A stretch of 64,000 nt of DNA from Candidatus Berkelbacteria bacterium. GTDB lineage: Bacteria; Patescibacteriota; UBA1384; 2-12-FULL-50-11. This document shows, piece after piece, positions 1 to 9,425 of this stretch. Below the pieces are notes generated by a model. That model was not told the origin of the DNA. It searched no databases and saw nothing but the letters and a program-made list of their open reading frames with translations. Numbering within the stretch: position 1 is the stretch's first letter; each line of letters starts with the position of its first letter. The stretch is taken from assembly GCA_016432625.1 (NCBI GenBank), contig CP066697.1:151113-215112 (forward strand), in the 5' to 3' direction. A program made the position numbers and the translations under genes.

Positions 1-118
1 GTTCTTGGTAAAAATTTTCGTCTTTTGCAGCGCGTAAAGTTACGAGCTCACTTGCGAGCTGTTCGCCAACGGCAATGCCAATAGCTTTGCGTCCGATATC
101 AAGCCCGAGATACTTCAT
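1..118 (-). CDS. ruvX: RuvX/YqgF Holliday-junction resolvase-like protein, first 39 codons only (runs off window edge)
   Basis: Reverse-strand ATG at 118-116 translates to MKYLGLDIGRKAIGIAVGEQLASELVTLRAAKDENFYQE, matching the YqgF N-terminal LGLDxGxKxIGxAV pattern. Absent from the ORF track because it is truncated. Confidence 0.65.
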   Translation of the reverse strand, partial: MKYLGLDIGRKAIGIAVGEQLASELVTLRAAKDENFYQE

Positions 119-119
119 C

Positions 120-1880
120 TCAAGGAACCGGCGTCGGCACTACTGCTGGGGCGGTAACACTTTCGTTAAAACCATACTCAACGCTGATCGCTTGCTTTAG
201 GATCGGTAAGCGCTGTATCCACCAGCTTGGTGACATTGATATTTTTACTTCGCTTGCCTCGTAGTTATCTTTAAGAGCTGCTTCGGCGGCGCTGCTGGTT
301 TTGTGGCGAATCGATGAGGAGATATCATTCTTACTGATGTCGGCCACGCCGTACCCTCCACCGGCAATCTCGAAGCTTAAGACCGTTTTGTCTTCGGAAT
401 AACTTTTGAAAGCAATGGCCGGCTCCGATCCCTCAGGGACTTCCAGCCTCTTGCCTTCCTCTACTTGAGCCTCAAGAGCTTCTTTGAGTTTGGCTTTGGC
501 TACCTCTTTGTCGAAAACAATCGCCGAGAGCTCAGCGACCAATTTAGCGGTGGCGGTGTCAGTCTGATCATCCACTTTCTTGTCGACGGAGCGTTCTTTG
601 ATGTTTTGGTTGATCGCTCCATCAAGCAAAGTTTGACCCGCGGCCTTTGTGGTTAGCTCAGCTTTAGCTTCGTCTAAGGCCTGCTTCTCTAGCTCGGCGT
701 AGGCTTTATCAACGTCCTCTTTGGTCAGAACGGTTACCTGTTTGGTCGTGCCGCCCGATGTTGAACCAGTGCCGCTGATGCGGCTCGATAGCCCGTTAAC
801 TGCGAAGCTGACGTTCGCTAGGTTATAACCCTCGCCTGCTTCGCTGGCGGTGATTGCGATATTGACTGAAGATGAATTACAAACACTGCCGCCGCCAGAA
901 AACGACCCGGCTGGAATTGTTGCGGCGCTATTTGTGGTGAAGGTTTTACCTGAGGCCGTGACTTTGCTGCCAGCGGCGACGGCATGGGCGTTACTATCCT
1001 CACAGTTTTTGAAAGGAACTGTCCCCGTTGCTTTCGTGCCAATATCTTTTTTGCCAGTGGCTGTCACAGCTTTTGTTAGTGATTTTTCCGCGACCAGTAG
1101 ATTGCCGACAACACTTGTCGCTTCACTGTCAGCTACCGTCTTAGCGTTAAGTGTTAGGGTTTGAGCTACGGCTTTAGCTGGTAACGTTACCGTTACTGTT
1201 GCTTTCGGTAATAAAACATAGGTGATGCCAAAGGCCAAAATGAGTAGAATTCCAGCAGCAATCAATGACTTCCACGGCATTTGAAAATTGAATTCACGTC
1301 GCGCGGTCGGAGTACGGCTAATTATCGCTGGCAGTTCTTCGGCAGGCGCTCTATCTTGGGGGATAATTTGAACCGGCTCGCTGGGGGTTATCTCTTGGAC
1401 GGTCTCTTCCTTCTCGACTGCAACTGGTTCAGGTGCTGGTTGCGGTGGTTCAGCCTCGATAGCTTCTTCTATAGGTGCTTCAACGGGCTGTTCTGGCGCC
1501 TCTGTTTTTTCACCGCCAATGACTGTCGGTGGAACGTAGCGATGAATCGGTGTGCCGTCAGGCAGCGCCTCGTCCTTAGTAGTGGCCGGCTGAACAGTTG
1601 GCGAGGAGGGTTTTGGTACTTCCCGAACAGTTCCCAAGCTAGCGTAAGCTTCTATCCCGACTTGGGCGGCTAGACGCTGGCCAACTTTATTACCGGTAAT
1701 AATAACCACTTCTTTATTAGATTCTTTTGCTTGTTTGGCGAGGAGTTTTAAGTTAACCAAGCTTTGGAAGAGGGTGCTGTTTTTTGGTACCACAATACCA
1801 ATCTTGCCTCCACCAGCTTTAGTGAGTTTATCAATGACGGAAGTAATCTCTTCGTCTGGTTCTAAGTAGACTGGTTCCAT
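120..1880 (-). CDS. Membrane-anchored protein of unknown function. It has an N-terminal alpha/beta-like domain, a Pro/Glu-rich linker, one TM helix and a large Ser/Thr/Gly-rich exterior domain.
   Basis: 586-aa ORF immediately downstream of ftsA. TM segment WKSLIAAGILLILAFGITYVLL. No FtsZ GGGTG(S/T)G motif. Confidence 0.6.
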   Translation of the reverse strand: MEPVYLEPDEEITSVIDKLTKAGGGKIGIVVPKNSTLFQSLVNLKLLAKQAKESNKEVVIITGNKVGQRLAAQVGIEAYASLGTVREVPKPSSPTVQPATTKDEALPDGTPIHRYVPPTVIGGEKTEAPEQPVEAPIEEAIEAEPPQPAPEPVAVEKEETVQEITPSEPVQIIPQDRAPAEELPAIISRTPTARREFNFQMPWKSLIAAGILLILAFGITYVLLPKATVTVTLPAKAVAQTLTLNAKTVADSEATSVVGNLLVAEKSLTKAVTATGKKDIGTKATGTVPFKNCEDSNAHAVAAGSKVTASGKTFTTNSAATIPAGSFSGGGSVCNSSSVNIAITASEAGEGYNLANVSFAVNGLSSRISGTGSTSGGTTKQVTVLTKEDVDKAYAELEKQALDEAKAELTTKAAGQTLLDGAINQNIKERSVDKKVDDQTDTATAKLVAELSAIVFDKEVAKAKLKEALEAQVEEGKRLEVPEGSEPAIAFKSYSEDKTVLSFEIAGGGYGVADISKNDISSSIRHKTSSAAEAALKDNYEASEVKISMSPSWWIQRLPILKQAISVEYGFNESVTAPAVVPTPVP

Positions 1881-1925
1881 GTTATTTCGACTCCCCAGAA
1901 GGAGAAATGTGAGTGGTTATGACGA

Positions 1926-3173
1926 TCATTGTTTCAACCCCGTTATTGCTTTGCGCATCATTGACTCTAAAACCGTTCCTGATCCGACCAGATCGAGGCC
2001 AACGTTGCCCAAGGCGAGCGGGGTAACGTCAGCGGGGTCGGTTAAGGACTGGGTCTCATCCTTCATTGTAACAACGTCGCCAGGTTTTAAGAACTGAACA
2101 TCGGGCTGTCTGGCAAATGGCAGGCCCTTGACCCAACCTTTGTCGAGCAGTGCCGTACGCACTTCTGGCAGATTACTCCCGCCGCCGCAGAGTAAGATTT
2201 TCGATGGCAGCAGGTCGGCTTGATCGAATTCTTCTAAAGAAAGTTGTAAGGCGGATATCCAAACCTTGATGTCGTTGCCGAGGGCGTGCTTAACGAGCTC
2301 GGCCTTCTCTGGCTCTAGTTCGTTACGGGAGTACCTTAATTTTGACTCTTCGGCCGCAGGGAATGTCTCGCCCAAAACCGCCGCCACCCTCTTGGTAAAC
2401 GCCCGGCCACCGATGGCAAACATTTTCGTTCCTTCAACGCCGCCGTTTCGTACGACGGCGATATCTGTCGTGCCGCCGCCGATATCAATAAAAATCGCCG
2501 CGAAATCCGTCGACTCTTCATCAAGGCAGCGTGCCACAGCGTACGGCTCAGCCGCGACCGCCAGAAGCTCTAAACCTAGCTCGCGCACGATCGTCTCCAG
2601 CGCCCCAAGCTGTACGATCGGGGCGAATGAGTTATAGACCCCGACTGAAAGCTCCTTACCTTGATAAGAGAGGGGGTTAGAAACCTTATAACCGTCTATC
2701 ACGACTGAAACTATCGCCGCGTTCACTAATTGAACGTCTATTTCTTCCAGGCCAGTCTCTCGGGCAAGCTCGGCACGGGCTTGGCGGAAGGCCTCGGCTT
2801 GGACTTGGTTAACGATGTCTTGCAGCTCGGTCATGGCAATCTGTGAAGCGGGATTAGCCCGGGTTACTTTAACGGAAGTGGTCGTGCCTTTTACTAGTTC
2901 GCCGGCGATACCAACGATCGCCTTTGTTGGCAGGTATTTGGCTTGAGTTGCTGCTTGCTCGATGGCTTTCTCGCAGTTTTGGGCTACACCGTGGATGTCG
3001 GTGACGCCGCCGCCTTGCATGTCGCTTAGGCGCTGCCGTTCGCGGCCAACGCCACGCACTATGCCAACACCGTCGACAACCTCAAAGACGATGGCTTTAA
3101 CAAATTCCGTGCCGATGTCTAAAGAAATTGCCCAATTCGACTGCTGTTTTTTCTTCCCTCCAAAGAGTCCCAT
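1926..3173 (-). CDS. ftsA: Cell division protein FtsA (actin-like ATPase)
   Basis: ISLDIGTEFVKA phosphate-1 motif, IFIDIGGGTTDIAV phosphate-2 motif, LCGGGSNLP adenosine motif. Confidence 0.8.
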   Translation of the reverse strand: MGLFGGKKKQQSNWAISLDIGTEFVKAIVFEVVDGVGIVRGVGRERQRLSDMQGGGVTDIHGVAQNCEKAIEQAATQAKYLPTKAIVGIAGELVKGTTTSVKVTRANPASQIAMTELQDIVNQVQAEAFRQARAELARETGLEEIDVQLVNAAIVSVVIDGYKVSNPLSYQGKELSVGVYNSFAPIVQLGALETIVRELGLELLAVAAEPYAVARCLDEESTDFAAIFIDIGGGTTDIAVVRNGGVEGTKMFAIGGRAFTKRVAAVLGETFPAAEESKLRYSRNELEPEKAELVKHALGNDIKVWISALQLSLEEFDQADLLPSKILLCGGGSNLPEVRTALLDKGWVKGLPFARQPDVQFLKPGDVVTMKDETQSLTDPADVTPLALGNVGLDLVGSGTVLESMMRKAITGLKQ

Positions 3174-3234
3174 CTAGTCACAAGCTTACCGCCGTACACC
3201 AGATAACGCAACGAGTTGTATCGGTGATTGGAAG

Positions 3235-3744
3235 GTGTATCTTTTGGCTATGGACGAGACTGAGCCACAACCGGGTGACGAAACGTCACCGCCCGAGGAA
3301 TGGCGCGAACCGAGCAACCTTGAAATTGCAGAAGGCGGTCAAGAACAAAGCGCCGAACGTGTTACTCTCGAGGAGCTTTTCCCCCGCTTTGGTTTTGTTG
3401 AGACCGAGGCCATGGTCCAAGCCAGGCAAGCAATTGAGATATTAGCCAGCCAGGGTCCTGTCGAAAGGGAGGCGTTCATGGAGAGCTACCTGACGTACGA
3501 TGACCTTGGAACGGCCGAGGTACTAAGCTATCAAGGCTCAAGCGAGATTATGCTCGGTAAATGTCTAGCCGACGTCAGGTTGATGGTACTCGGCGGTTTT
3601 TTCGAACCGGCACTCGAGCAGATCGATGAAACTATCGAAAGACTTGCTGGAACAGATGCCTTAAACTTCCTTGAAGCTTTTCAGCAGGCTCGCGCTTCGA
3701 TTGAGGTGGAAATAATTGCGCGTGCTAATGAAACCGAGCTTTGA
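3235..3744 (+). CDS. Acidic hypothetical protein (start may be the ATG at 3250)
   Basis: 169-aa ORF in an otherwise empty gap, with helical and acidic composition. No recognisable motif. Confidence 0.45.
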   Translation: MYLLAMDETEPQPGDETSPPEEWREPSNLEIAEGGQEQSAERVTLEELFPRFGFVETEAMVQARQAIEILASQGPVEREAFMESYLTYDDLGTAEVLSYQGSSEIMLGKCLADVRLMVLGGFFEPALEQIDETIERLAGTDALNFLEAFQQARASIEVEIIARANETEL

Positions 3745-3756
3745 CTGCTGAGGGCT

Positions 3757-5454
3757 TCAACCCGAAGAATTAAGGCACTTCGCTTTTATCCGGCGGACGC
3801 CCTGCGAAGACGCCTCTTCTTTGACAATCTCGAATTTGCCTAACTCGCCTGTTCGTTTGACGTGTGGGCCGCCGCATAATTCCTTAGAAAAATCCCCAAT
3901 TTTGTATACCGTAACTTTATCACCGTATTTCTGACCAAATTCAGCCAGCGCGCCACTCTTTAGCGCCGCCTCTTTATCCATTTCTTCGCAAACTACGCTC
4001 ATGTCAGCTTTAATTTTTTCGTTGACGATCTGCTCAACTTTTTTCAGCTCCTCATCAGTTAATTTTCGGTCGAAAGCAAAGTCTATTCTTAGCCTGTCGC
4101 TGGTTACATTCGAGCCGCGTTGGACGACCGACTCGCCTAAAACTTGGCGCAGGGCAGCGAGCAATAGGTGATGGGCTGTGTGATGTTGGATGGTTTTCTC
4201 CTCATGATCCGCTAGACCCCCTTTGAATTGTTTGTCTAGGCCCGCGCGCGAAACCTCCTGGTGAGCCGAAAATAGCTTGGCGAAATGTTCCGCGTCAACT
4301 TTCCACCCCAAGCTAATCAAATGCTCCAAAACCATTTCTTTGGGGAAGCCGAATGATTCGTACATGTAAAAAGCAAGTTCGGTAATTTTCTTTTCGTCGC
4401 GATCGTCGCTCGAAGCGAGCCATTTATCGAGGTACCCTTTTGCACGGGTCATATTGCTTTCAAACTGGCTTTTCTCTCTGCCAAAAACTTCCATAATTTC
4501 GGTGGCGCTCTTTAACTCGTATGTCTTGCCGTAAAACGTCCGAATTTGATTAACCGCTTCCTGCCATTTTAATTCTGCTGCGATGTTCGAGCCTAAGAAA
4601 ATTGCCTTCCGTATTAAACGGCGCAAGACATACTCGCGACCTTTATTGGCCGGCGTAATATCGGAGGAGACCAAAAAGACGATCGCTCGCAAGTGGTCGA
4701 TAATCACCCGCGCTTCAACCCTTTTGGATGAACCAATACTTTCAACCCAACTTTTAAACGGCTCGATTTCCCAAACGGAATTCTTACCTTGCAGCGTGGC
4801 ACTCAGGCGTTCCAGGCCGCTGCCGGTATCGACGCCAGGCGTGTCGAGTTTGGCGAACTTGCCATCGCGATCGCAGTGATACTCATTGAAGACCAAGTTC
4901 CAGACTTCAACGCCGTCAATATAAATTTCTGTTGTCGGGCCGCAGGGACCCTCGTCGCCAGTTGGGCCCCAGAAATTGTCTTCGCGAGCGGCGCGTCGAA
5001 TATCTTTAACGCCTAGCACCTGCCAGATTCCCTCGGACTCAGTGTCGGCTGGTATCTCTTTGTCCCCACCAAACACGGTCACATAAACTCGGTCTTCGCT
5101 AACGCCGAGCTCGTCACGAACAAAGCGCCAGGCTTCATCTATCGCCACTTTCTTCATGGCCATGGAACTCTTTTCGCCAAAGCGGAAATTGCCCAGCATC
5201 TCGAAACTTGTTAGGTGAGTGTCGTCGCCGACTTCAGCGATATCGCTAGTGCGGATTACAGGCTGAACTGTGGCAACTTGTGGTGCTGGGGCATCGCTCG
5301 GGTGGGTGTAGAACGGCTTGAACTGTTGCATGCCGGCGGTTGTGAAGAGCACTGAAGGGTCGTTCTGCGGCACAAGCGGCGAAGGCGGCACGACGTCGTA
5401 GCCACTTTCCTGAAAATAATCCAAAAATTTTTGCCGTAAGGAAACGAGGTCCAT
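3757..5454 (-). CDS. alaS: Alanine--tRNA ligase, short form (catalytic plus editing domains, no C-Ala domain)
   Basis: N-terminus FLDYFQESGYDVVPPSPLVPQNDPSVLFTTAGMQQFKPFY. Editing-domain HTAHHLL and CGGPHV motifs near the C-terminus. Only 565 aa. Confidence 0.9.
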   Translation of the reverse strand: MDLVSLRQKFLDYFQESGYDVVPPSPLVPQNDPSVLFTTAGMQQFKPFYTHPSDAPAPQVATVQPVIRTSDIAEVGDDTHLTSFEMLGNFRFGEKSSMAMKKVAIDEAWRFVRDELGVSEDRVYVTVFGGDKEIPADTESEGIWQVLGVKDIRRAAREDNFWGPTGDEGPCGPTTEIYIDGVEVWNLVFNEYHCDRDGKFAKLDTPGVDTGSGLERLSATLQGKNSVWEIEPFKSWVESIGSSKRVEARVIIDHLRAIVFLVSSDITPANKGREYVLRRLIRKAIFLGSNIAAELKWQEAVNQIRTFYGKTYELKSATEIMEVFGREKSQFESNMTRAKGYLDKWLASSDDRDEKKITELAFYMYESFGFPKEMVLEHLISLGWKVDAEHFAKLFSAHQEVSRAGLDKQFKGGLADHEEKTIQHHTAHHLLLAALRQVLGESVVQRGSNVTSDRLRIDFAFDRKLTDEELKKVEQIVNEKIKADMSVVCEEMDKEAALKSGALAEFGQKYGDKVTVYKIGDFSKELCGGPHVKRTGELGKFEIVKEEASSQGVRRIKAKCLNSSG

Positions 5455-6170
5455 TAGCGCAAGAGATTTTGCCAGAGGTCTTCAATCGGGGCGACTTGTT
5501 CCTCGATCTGGTCTATCTGCTGAGTGAAGAGGAAGTTCTTCCAAAACTCGTTCAAGTCGAGCGTAAACAACGAGCTGTCGCGACGCGGCTCAACGTTGAA
5601 CTCCCCGGCGGCCTTGCGAGCGCAAAAGTCGCCGTAGATTTTAATATACGCGTCACGCATCGCGAGGATTCGTTTGGCGTACCCGACGGTGCTTTTGATC
5701 GGGCTGCCGGCTTCGTACAGGCGCACTGCGCCGCCGCCGCCGTTGTAAGCGATCAAGACCTTAGTAAGATTGCCGCCGTATTGGTCGATTAATTCTTTTA
5801 AGTGAAAAGTCCCCATTTGAATTGCCAAATCGGGGTTACCGATAAGCTGGTTGGCGTTGAATTTCGCTCCGGCTTCGGCGCCGTTAATTGTGGTATAGAC
5901 GCGCCTGGCGGTGGACGGAATAAACTGCGTCAAGCCAACAGCGCCAGCGCCTGAGCGAGCGTTTGGGTTCCAGGTGCTTTCAGCCATGATTTTGGCCGCC
6001 TCCAAGTGCACATCGACGCCGTATTCCTTGCTCCATTTGCAGAGCGAATCCTCGTACTTTAACGGGTAAGCAACGCTGGCGAAAAGTACCGGCCCGATGA
6101 CGTAAAGAATCACGCCCAAACCAAGTAGGGCTACAACCGACCAAAGCCACCATTTTATTGATCGCGCCAT
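5454..6170 (-). CDS. Membrane-anchored lytic transglycosylase (SLT domain)
   Basis: N-terminal TM helix. AESTWNPNARSGAGAVGLTQFIP matches the SLT catalytic E-S ... GLMQ-type motif. Confidence 0.8.
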   Translation of the reverse strand: MARSIKWWLWSVVALLGLGVILYVIGPVLFASVAYPLKYEDSLCKWSKEYGVDVHLEAAKIMAESTWNPNARSGAGAVGLTQFIPSTARRVYTTINGAEAGAKFNANQLIGNPDLAIQMGTFHLKELIDQYGGNLTKVLIAYNGGGGAVRLYEAGSPIKSTVGYAKRILAMRDAYIKIYGDFCARKAAGEFNVEPRRDSSLFTLDLNEFWKNFLFTQQIDQIEEQVAPIEDLWQNLLR

Positions 6171-6218
6171 TACTAGAAGTGTACCTGATGGGTAGTTTCG
6201 CCGCTACCGCGGGACGTT

Positions 6219-6539
6219 TTAGGCTTTTAATAGCGGATAAATATCAAAAGCGACTTCTTCATAGGGGTGAGCTACTTTTAATTTTGCAATTGCTTGAGGC
6301 AGGATTTCCTTATTAAGCTCAACCTCAATTCTCTCCTCCTCAACTTGCTCATAGTTTCCTGCCTTACCTATGGTTGGGCTAGAATCTTTGTTGCCTCTAA
6401 AACGTCCGGTACCCTTAGTGGAGAAAGAGCAAAAATCGTAATTACCAATTTTCCCCGCGCCAGCTTCGCCAAGTGCCTGTCGCACGACGTCAGCGTGACT
6501 TGTTGGCACAAAGACGACTAATTTGACGAACTCATCCAT
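6219..6539 (-). CDS. Stand-alone Nif3/YqfO cap-domain-like protein
   Basis: MDEFVKLVVFVPTSHADVVRQALGEAGAGKIGNYDFCSFSTKGTGRFRG...AHPYEEVAFDIYPL resembles the inserted cap domain of NIF3 (GTP cyclohydrolase I type 2) proteins. The track ORF was trimmed to the ATG at 6539 because the upstream extension overlaps two tRNAs. Confidence 0.7.
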   Translation of the reverse strand: MDEFVKLVVFVPTSHADVVRQALGEAGAGKIGNYDFCSFSTKGTGRFRGNKDSSPTIGKAGNYEQVEEERIEVELNKEILPQAIAKLKVAHPYEEVAFDIYPLLKA

Positions 6540-6541
6540 TG

Positions 6542-6625
6542 TGCGCGAGAGAGGACTTGAACCTCCACGGGATTGCTCCCACAGCCACCTCAAGGCTGCG
6601 TGTATACCAGTTTCACCACTCGCGC
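6542..6625 (-). tRNA. tRNA-Leu (anticodon GAG), type II with long variable arm
   Basis: Hand-folded cloverleaf. Acceptor GCGCGAG/CTCGCGC, anticodon stem CAGCC/GGCTG with loop TTGAGGT, T-arm GGAGGTTCAAGTCCTCT. Confidence 0.85.
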
Positions 6626-6642
6626 TTGTAAAATACGAACCG

Positions 6643-6725
6643 TGCCGGAGAGAGGAGTTGAACCTCCATGCCCTTGCGGACACTACGATCTGAACGTAGC
6701 GCGTCTACCGTTTCGCCACTCCGGC
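6643..6725 (-). tRNA. tRNA-Leu (anticodon CAG), type II
   Basis: Acceptor GCCGGAG/CTCCGGC, anticodon stem CTACG/CGTAG with loop TTCAGAT, T-arm GGAGGTTCAACTCCTCT. Confidence 0.85.
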
Positions 6726-6776
6726 GTTCCGAGTAATTTTACCAGAGTTTCTCCTATTTGAGAGGCCTTAGAGGCG

Positions 6777-8090
6777 CTATTTGACGTACCAGTCGGCGAT
6801 TGACCGATAACGGTCTGAAGCGTTTTGGGCGAGCCAGGGCTTCTGAACGGCGATCGTGTCCTCGGCGATAAAACTTACCGACTCCTGCTTCAGAAATTTC
6901 GCAACGCCCTCTCGCTGCAACGCCTCGTGTAACGATTTTATCGCTGCTGTGCGCTCAGCGACATTAGTCAGCTGGCGCAGGGTATCGATTTGAACGTCGA
7001 TACCGTCATTATTGATGCCGGAAAAATTATTGCCCGGCGGTCGGATTTGAGAGGAGTGCCATAAGTAGGTTGGATCCATCTCGGCGCCGTAATCGATTCC
7101 CGTTAGCAAGGCCTGAAACTGCCGGCTCGGCCCGGCCTTGTCTTGGATTTCGTCCAGCGGTTTTAGCTCTAGGGTGACTTGGGCGCCGAGTGCCTGCCAG
7201 CGCTTAACGAGCTCCTCGGCCAGACCCTTATACGGTTCCTGGTCTGCGGCCGTGAGAGTAAATGGCGAATTTGCTACCGTCGATTCGTCAATCAACGCCC
7301 GACGCATCGCCCCGTCACGAAACGGCGACTTGTTAATGTTGAAAATGACGGCGTAATACTTTGACAACTCAAATGATTGCAGGTGATAGCCTTCCGGCAC
7401 TGTTAAGTTTTCGTTCTCGGCGCCGTCTACCTTACCCTTGTCCAGCGCTTGCTGGAGCAACGCTTTGTCGGCGTAGGTGTGGACGATAACTTTGTTCAAG
7501 TAAGGCCGAACCGCCCCCTCGCGCGGATTGCGACTGAAAATCGTTGTCTTGCCGGTCGCTTTATTAAGCTTGTATGGCCCGTAATCAAATAGTGGCTGCG
7601 TCAGCAGTAGGGGAATATTCGGATTGGCCTTAGTCGTTTTGATCGCAATTTCGTCGCCATCGGTCAGTTCTACAGAGGCAGGGCCAAGTAGCTCCAGACT
7701 ATTTTGCAATTCGGTAAGGATTTCGTTCTTACTTACTTCCTTCAAAAGCTTGAAGAAGTACTCGGTTTTTTCTGGATTGACGCGCCAATCTTGGACAAGC
7801 ACGTTTTCCAACTCGCCATCGTTATTAATAGTAAACAACCCAGTTTTTGTCAGACGCGTCGCAATTTGTTGGACGTCACGCTCAGTGCCGACGAGCCCTT
7901 CAACATAACTGCCACCGGCGGTGGCAGTGCCTTGATTCTGGGCAAACTGGCGGTACCAGAAAGTACCGCTAATAACGATCACTACGGCGAGTAGGGCCAG
8001 GATCACTTTTTCGTAATGGCTGATTATCTGCGTCACTCGCGCCGCGTATCGTTTTTGACGCGCAAAGAAATTGTCCATCGAAGATCGCAT
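6777..8090 (-). CDS. Membrane-anchored solute-binding-protein-like protein (family 5 peptide/oligosaccharide-binding fold, tentative)
   Basis: 437-aa ORF with an N-terminal TM helix. General resemblance to SBP_bac_5 proteins, judged by recall only. Confidence 0.5.
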   Translation of the reverse strand: MRSSMDNFFARQKRYAARVTQIISHYEKVILALLAVVIVISGTFWYRQFAQNQGTATAGGSYVEGLVGTERDVQQIATRLTKTGLFTINNDGELENVLVQDWRVNPEKTEYFFKLLKEVSKNEILTELQNSLELLGPASVELTDGDEIAIKTTKANPNIPLLLTQPLFDYGPYKLNKATGKTTIFSRNPREGAVRPYLNKVIVHTYADKALLQQALDKGKVDGAENENLTVPEGYHLQSFELSKYYAVIFNINKSPFRDGAMRRALIDESTVANSPFTLTAADQEPYKGLAEELVKRWQALGAQVTLELKPLDEIQDKAGPSRQFQALLTGIDYGAEMDPTYLWHSSQIRPPGNNFSGINNDGIDVQIDTLRQLTNVAERTAAIKSLHEALQREGVAKFLKQESVSFIAEDTIAVQKPWLAQNASDRYRSIADWYVK

Positions 8091-8116
8091 TGATTCCTAC
8101 TAGACTAGGGAGAAAC

Positions 8117-8341
8117 TCATATCGACGGAATGAGCAACTGGGCAATCACTGCCAGGACAAAAACCGTGGCAAAAATTACAGAAGCTCGTAACAGCAATTT
8201 TTCAATACCTCGGCGACTCCGGTACGACATACCTTCTCCGCCAAAGGCCCCACCTAGACCGGTTCCCCGATGTTGCAGCAGTACGGCGATAACTAGCAGA
8301 AGTCCGGCAGCGATTTGGGCGACCTGTAAGAAACTGGTCAT
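8117..8341 (-). CDS. secG: Preprotein translocase subunit SecG
   Basis: 74 aa, two TM helices. LLQHRGTGLGGAFGG matches the SecG glycine-rich loop. Confidence 0.8.
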   Translation of the reverse strand: MTSFLQVAQIAAGLLLVIAVLLQHRGTGLGGAFGGEGMSYRSRRGIEKLLLRASVIFATVFVLAVIAQLLIPSI

Positions 8342-8423
8342 GTACCGGATATCCTAAGGCTTTGCATGTTTGGCGTCAACCCCTTTTACTCTTTAAGCGC
8401 TTCGATTTTCTACGTTGCTCTTG

Positions 8424-8495
8424 AGGCCACGAGGGGATTTGCACCCCTGTAAAACGGTTTTGCAGACCGTTCCCTGACTACTCGGGCACGTGGCC
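8424..8495 (-). tRNA. tRNA-Cys (anticodon GCA)
   Basis: Acceptor GGCCACG/CGTGGCC, anticodon stem ACGGT/ACCGT with loop CTGCAAA, T-arm AGGGGTGCAAATCCCCT. Confidence 0.85.
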
Positions 8496-8643
8496 GATTC
8501 CCGGGTATTGTACCTTTTAGCTCGTTAAAAAACGAGGCTATAGTCTGGCATTTTCGCGAGAGGGGGTCTAAACTGTACGGGCGTATTTACGCGGTACCGG
8601 GGATGGATCCCCGCGAACCTCTTATCAATGCTACAGGTGCAAC

Positions 8644-9366
8644 ATGTCGATAGTCTCACAGCAAAAACGATCATCACTCGCCCCCACGGGGGCCACGACC
8701 AGTTCGGCGAATGGGCTAATCAGCCCGGCACTCGCCAATGCCAGTCTCCATACCTTGGAAACGCTCGGCCACAGACGGCTCCTGGAAACCAGGCGCGTCC
8801 AGTTCGATAACGTTATCGAAAGGCTTAAGGGGGACGGCCTGACTATGAGGGAGCTCAGAGAGCTGCTGCAGAACACATGCCGCGACATTCCTGACGGGTT
8901 GATCCTGTCTGGCGAAGAGTCGCTGCGCCATCGTCACGAAGAGTTGGGGGTGACGCTGACCTGCCGATCCGACGGCAGCGTCGATGTCTGCTGGAGCGTG
9001 TACAAGGGGCGATCCGACGTCCTTCGCTTACTGCTCACCAGCGACGATCAAGGCTTGGAGCTCGAGGAGCTCAGGTACAAGCCGGAAGAGTTTCAGATGC
9101 CAGGTCTGACAGCTCCAACTCGCCACTTGGAATGGCTGCTTCCAGTCTACGACTGGATAGCGGCCCACGACGTCAGGGGGAAGGACCACTTGGCCTGGAA
9201 ACAAGTCGAAGCGCTCTATGGGCAGACCATCCCGTTTGTCCGCCTTGACCGCAAACGCCACAAGACCCTCGAGGATCTCGGACGCATGCCGTCGATGTTC
9301 CAGCCATTACGGCAGGAATTCCAGCGGTTGAACGCGCTTGGATCCTTGATCCAGTTCCAAAGCTAG
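8644..9366 (+). CDS. Hypothetical protein (GC-rich orphan between two tRNA genes)
   Basis: 240-aa ORF with ATG start, followed by its own hairpin terminator. No recognisable motif. Confidence 0.5.
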   Translation: MSIVSQQKRSSLAPTGATTSSANGLISPALANASLHTLETLGHRRLLETRRVQFDNVIERLKGDGLTMRELRELLQNTCRDIPDGLILSGEESLRHRHEELGVTLTCRSDGSVDVCWSVYKGRSDVLRLLLTSDDQGLELEELRYKPEEFQMPGLTAPTRHLEWLLPVYDWIAAHDVRGKDHLAWKQVEALYGQTIPFVRLDRKRHKTLEDLGRMPSMFQPLRQEFQRLNALGSLIQFQS

Positions 9367-9386
9367 CCCTGTAGCACCCCGCCCAG

Positions 9387-9425
9387 AAAGCCCGAGACAC
9401 GACGTCCCGGGCTTTCCTCTTTTTC
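9387..9425 (+). terminator. Rho-independent terminator after the 240-aa ORF
   Basis: AAAGCCCG ... CGGGCTTT stem followed by CCTCTTTTT. Confidence 0.6.

Noticed and set aside
6540-6683. N-terminal 48 codons of the 154-aa track ORF (6219-6683)
   Set aside because: The extension is the antisense reading of tRNA-Leu(GAG) and part of tRNA-Leu(CAG). The conserved NIF3-cap similarity begins at the internal ATG at 6539.
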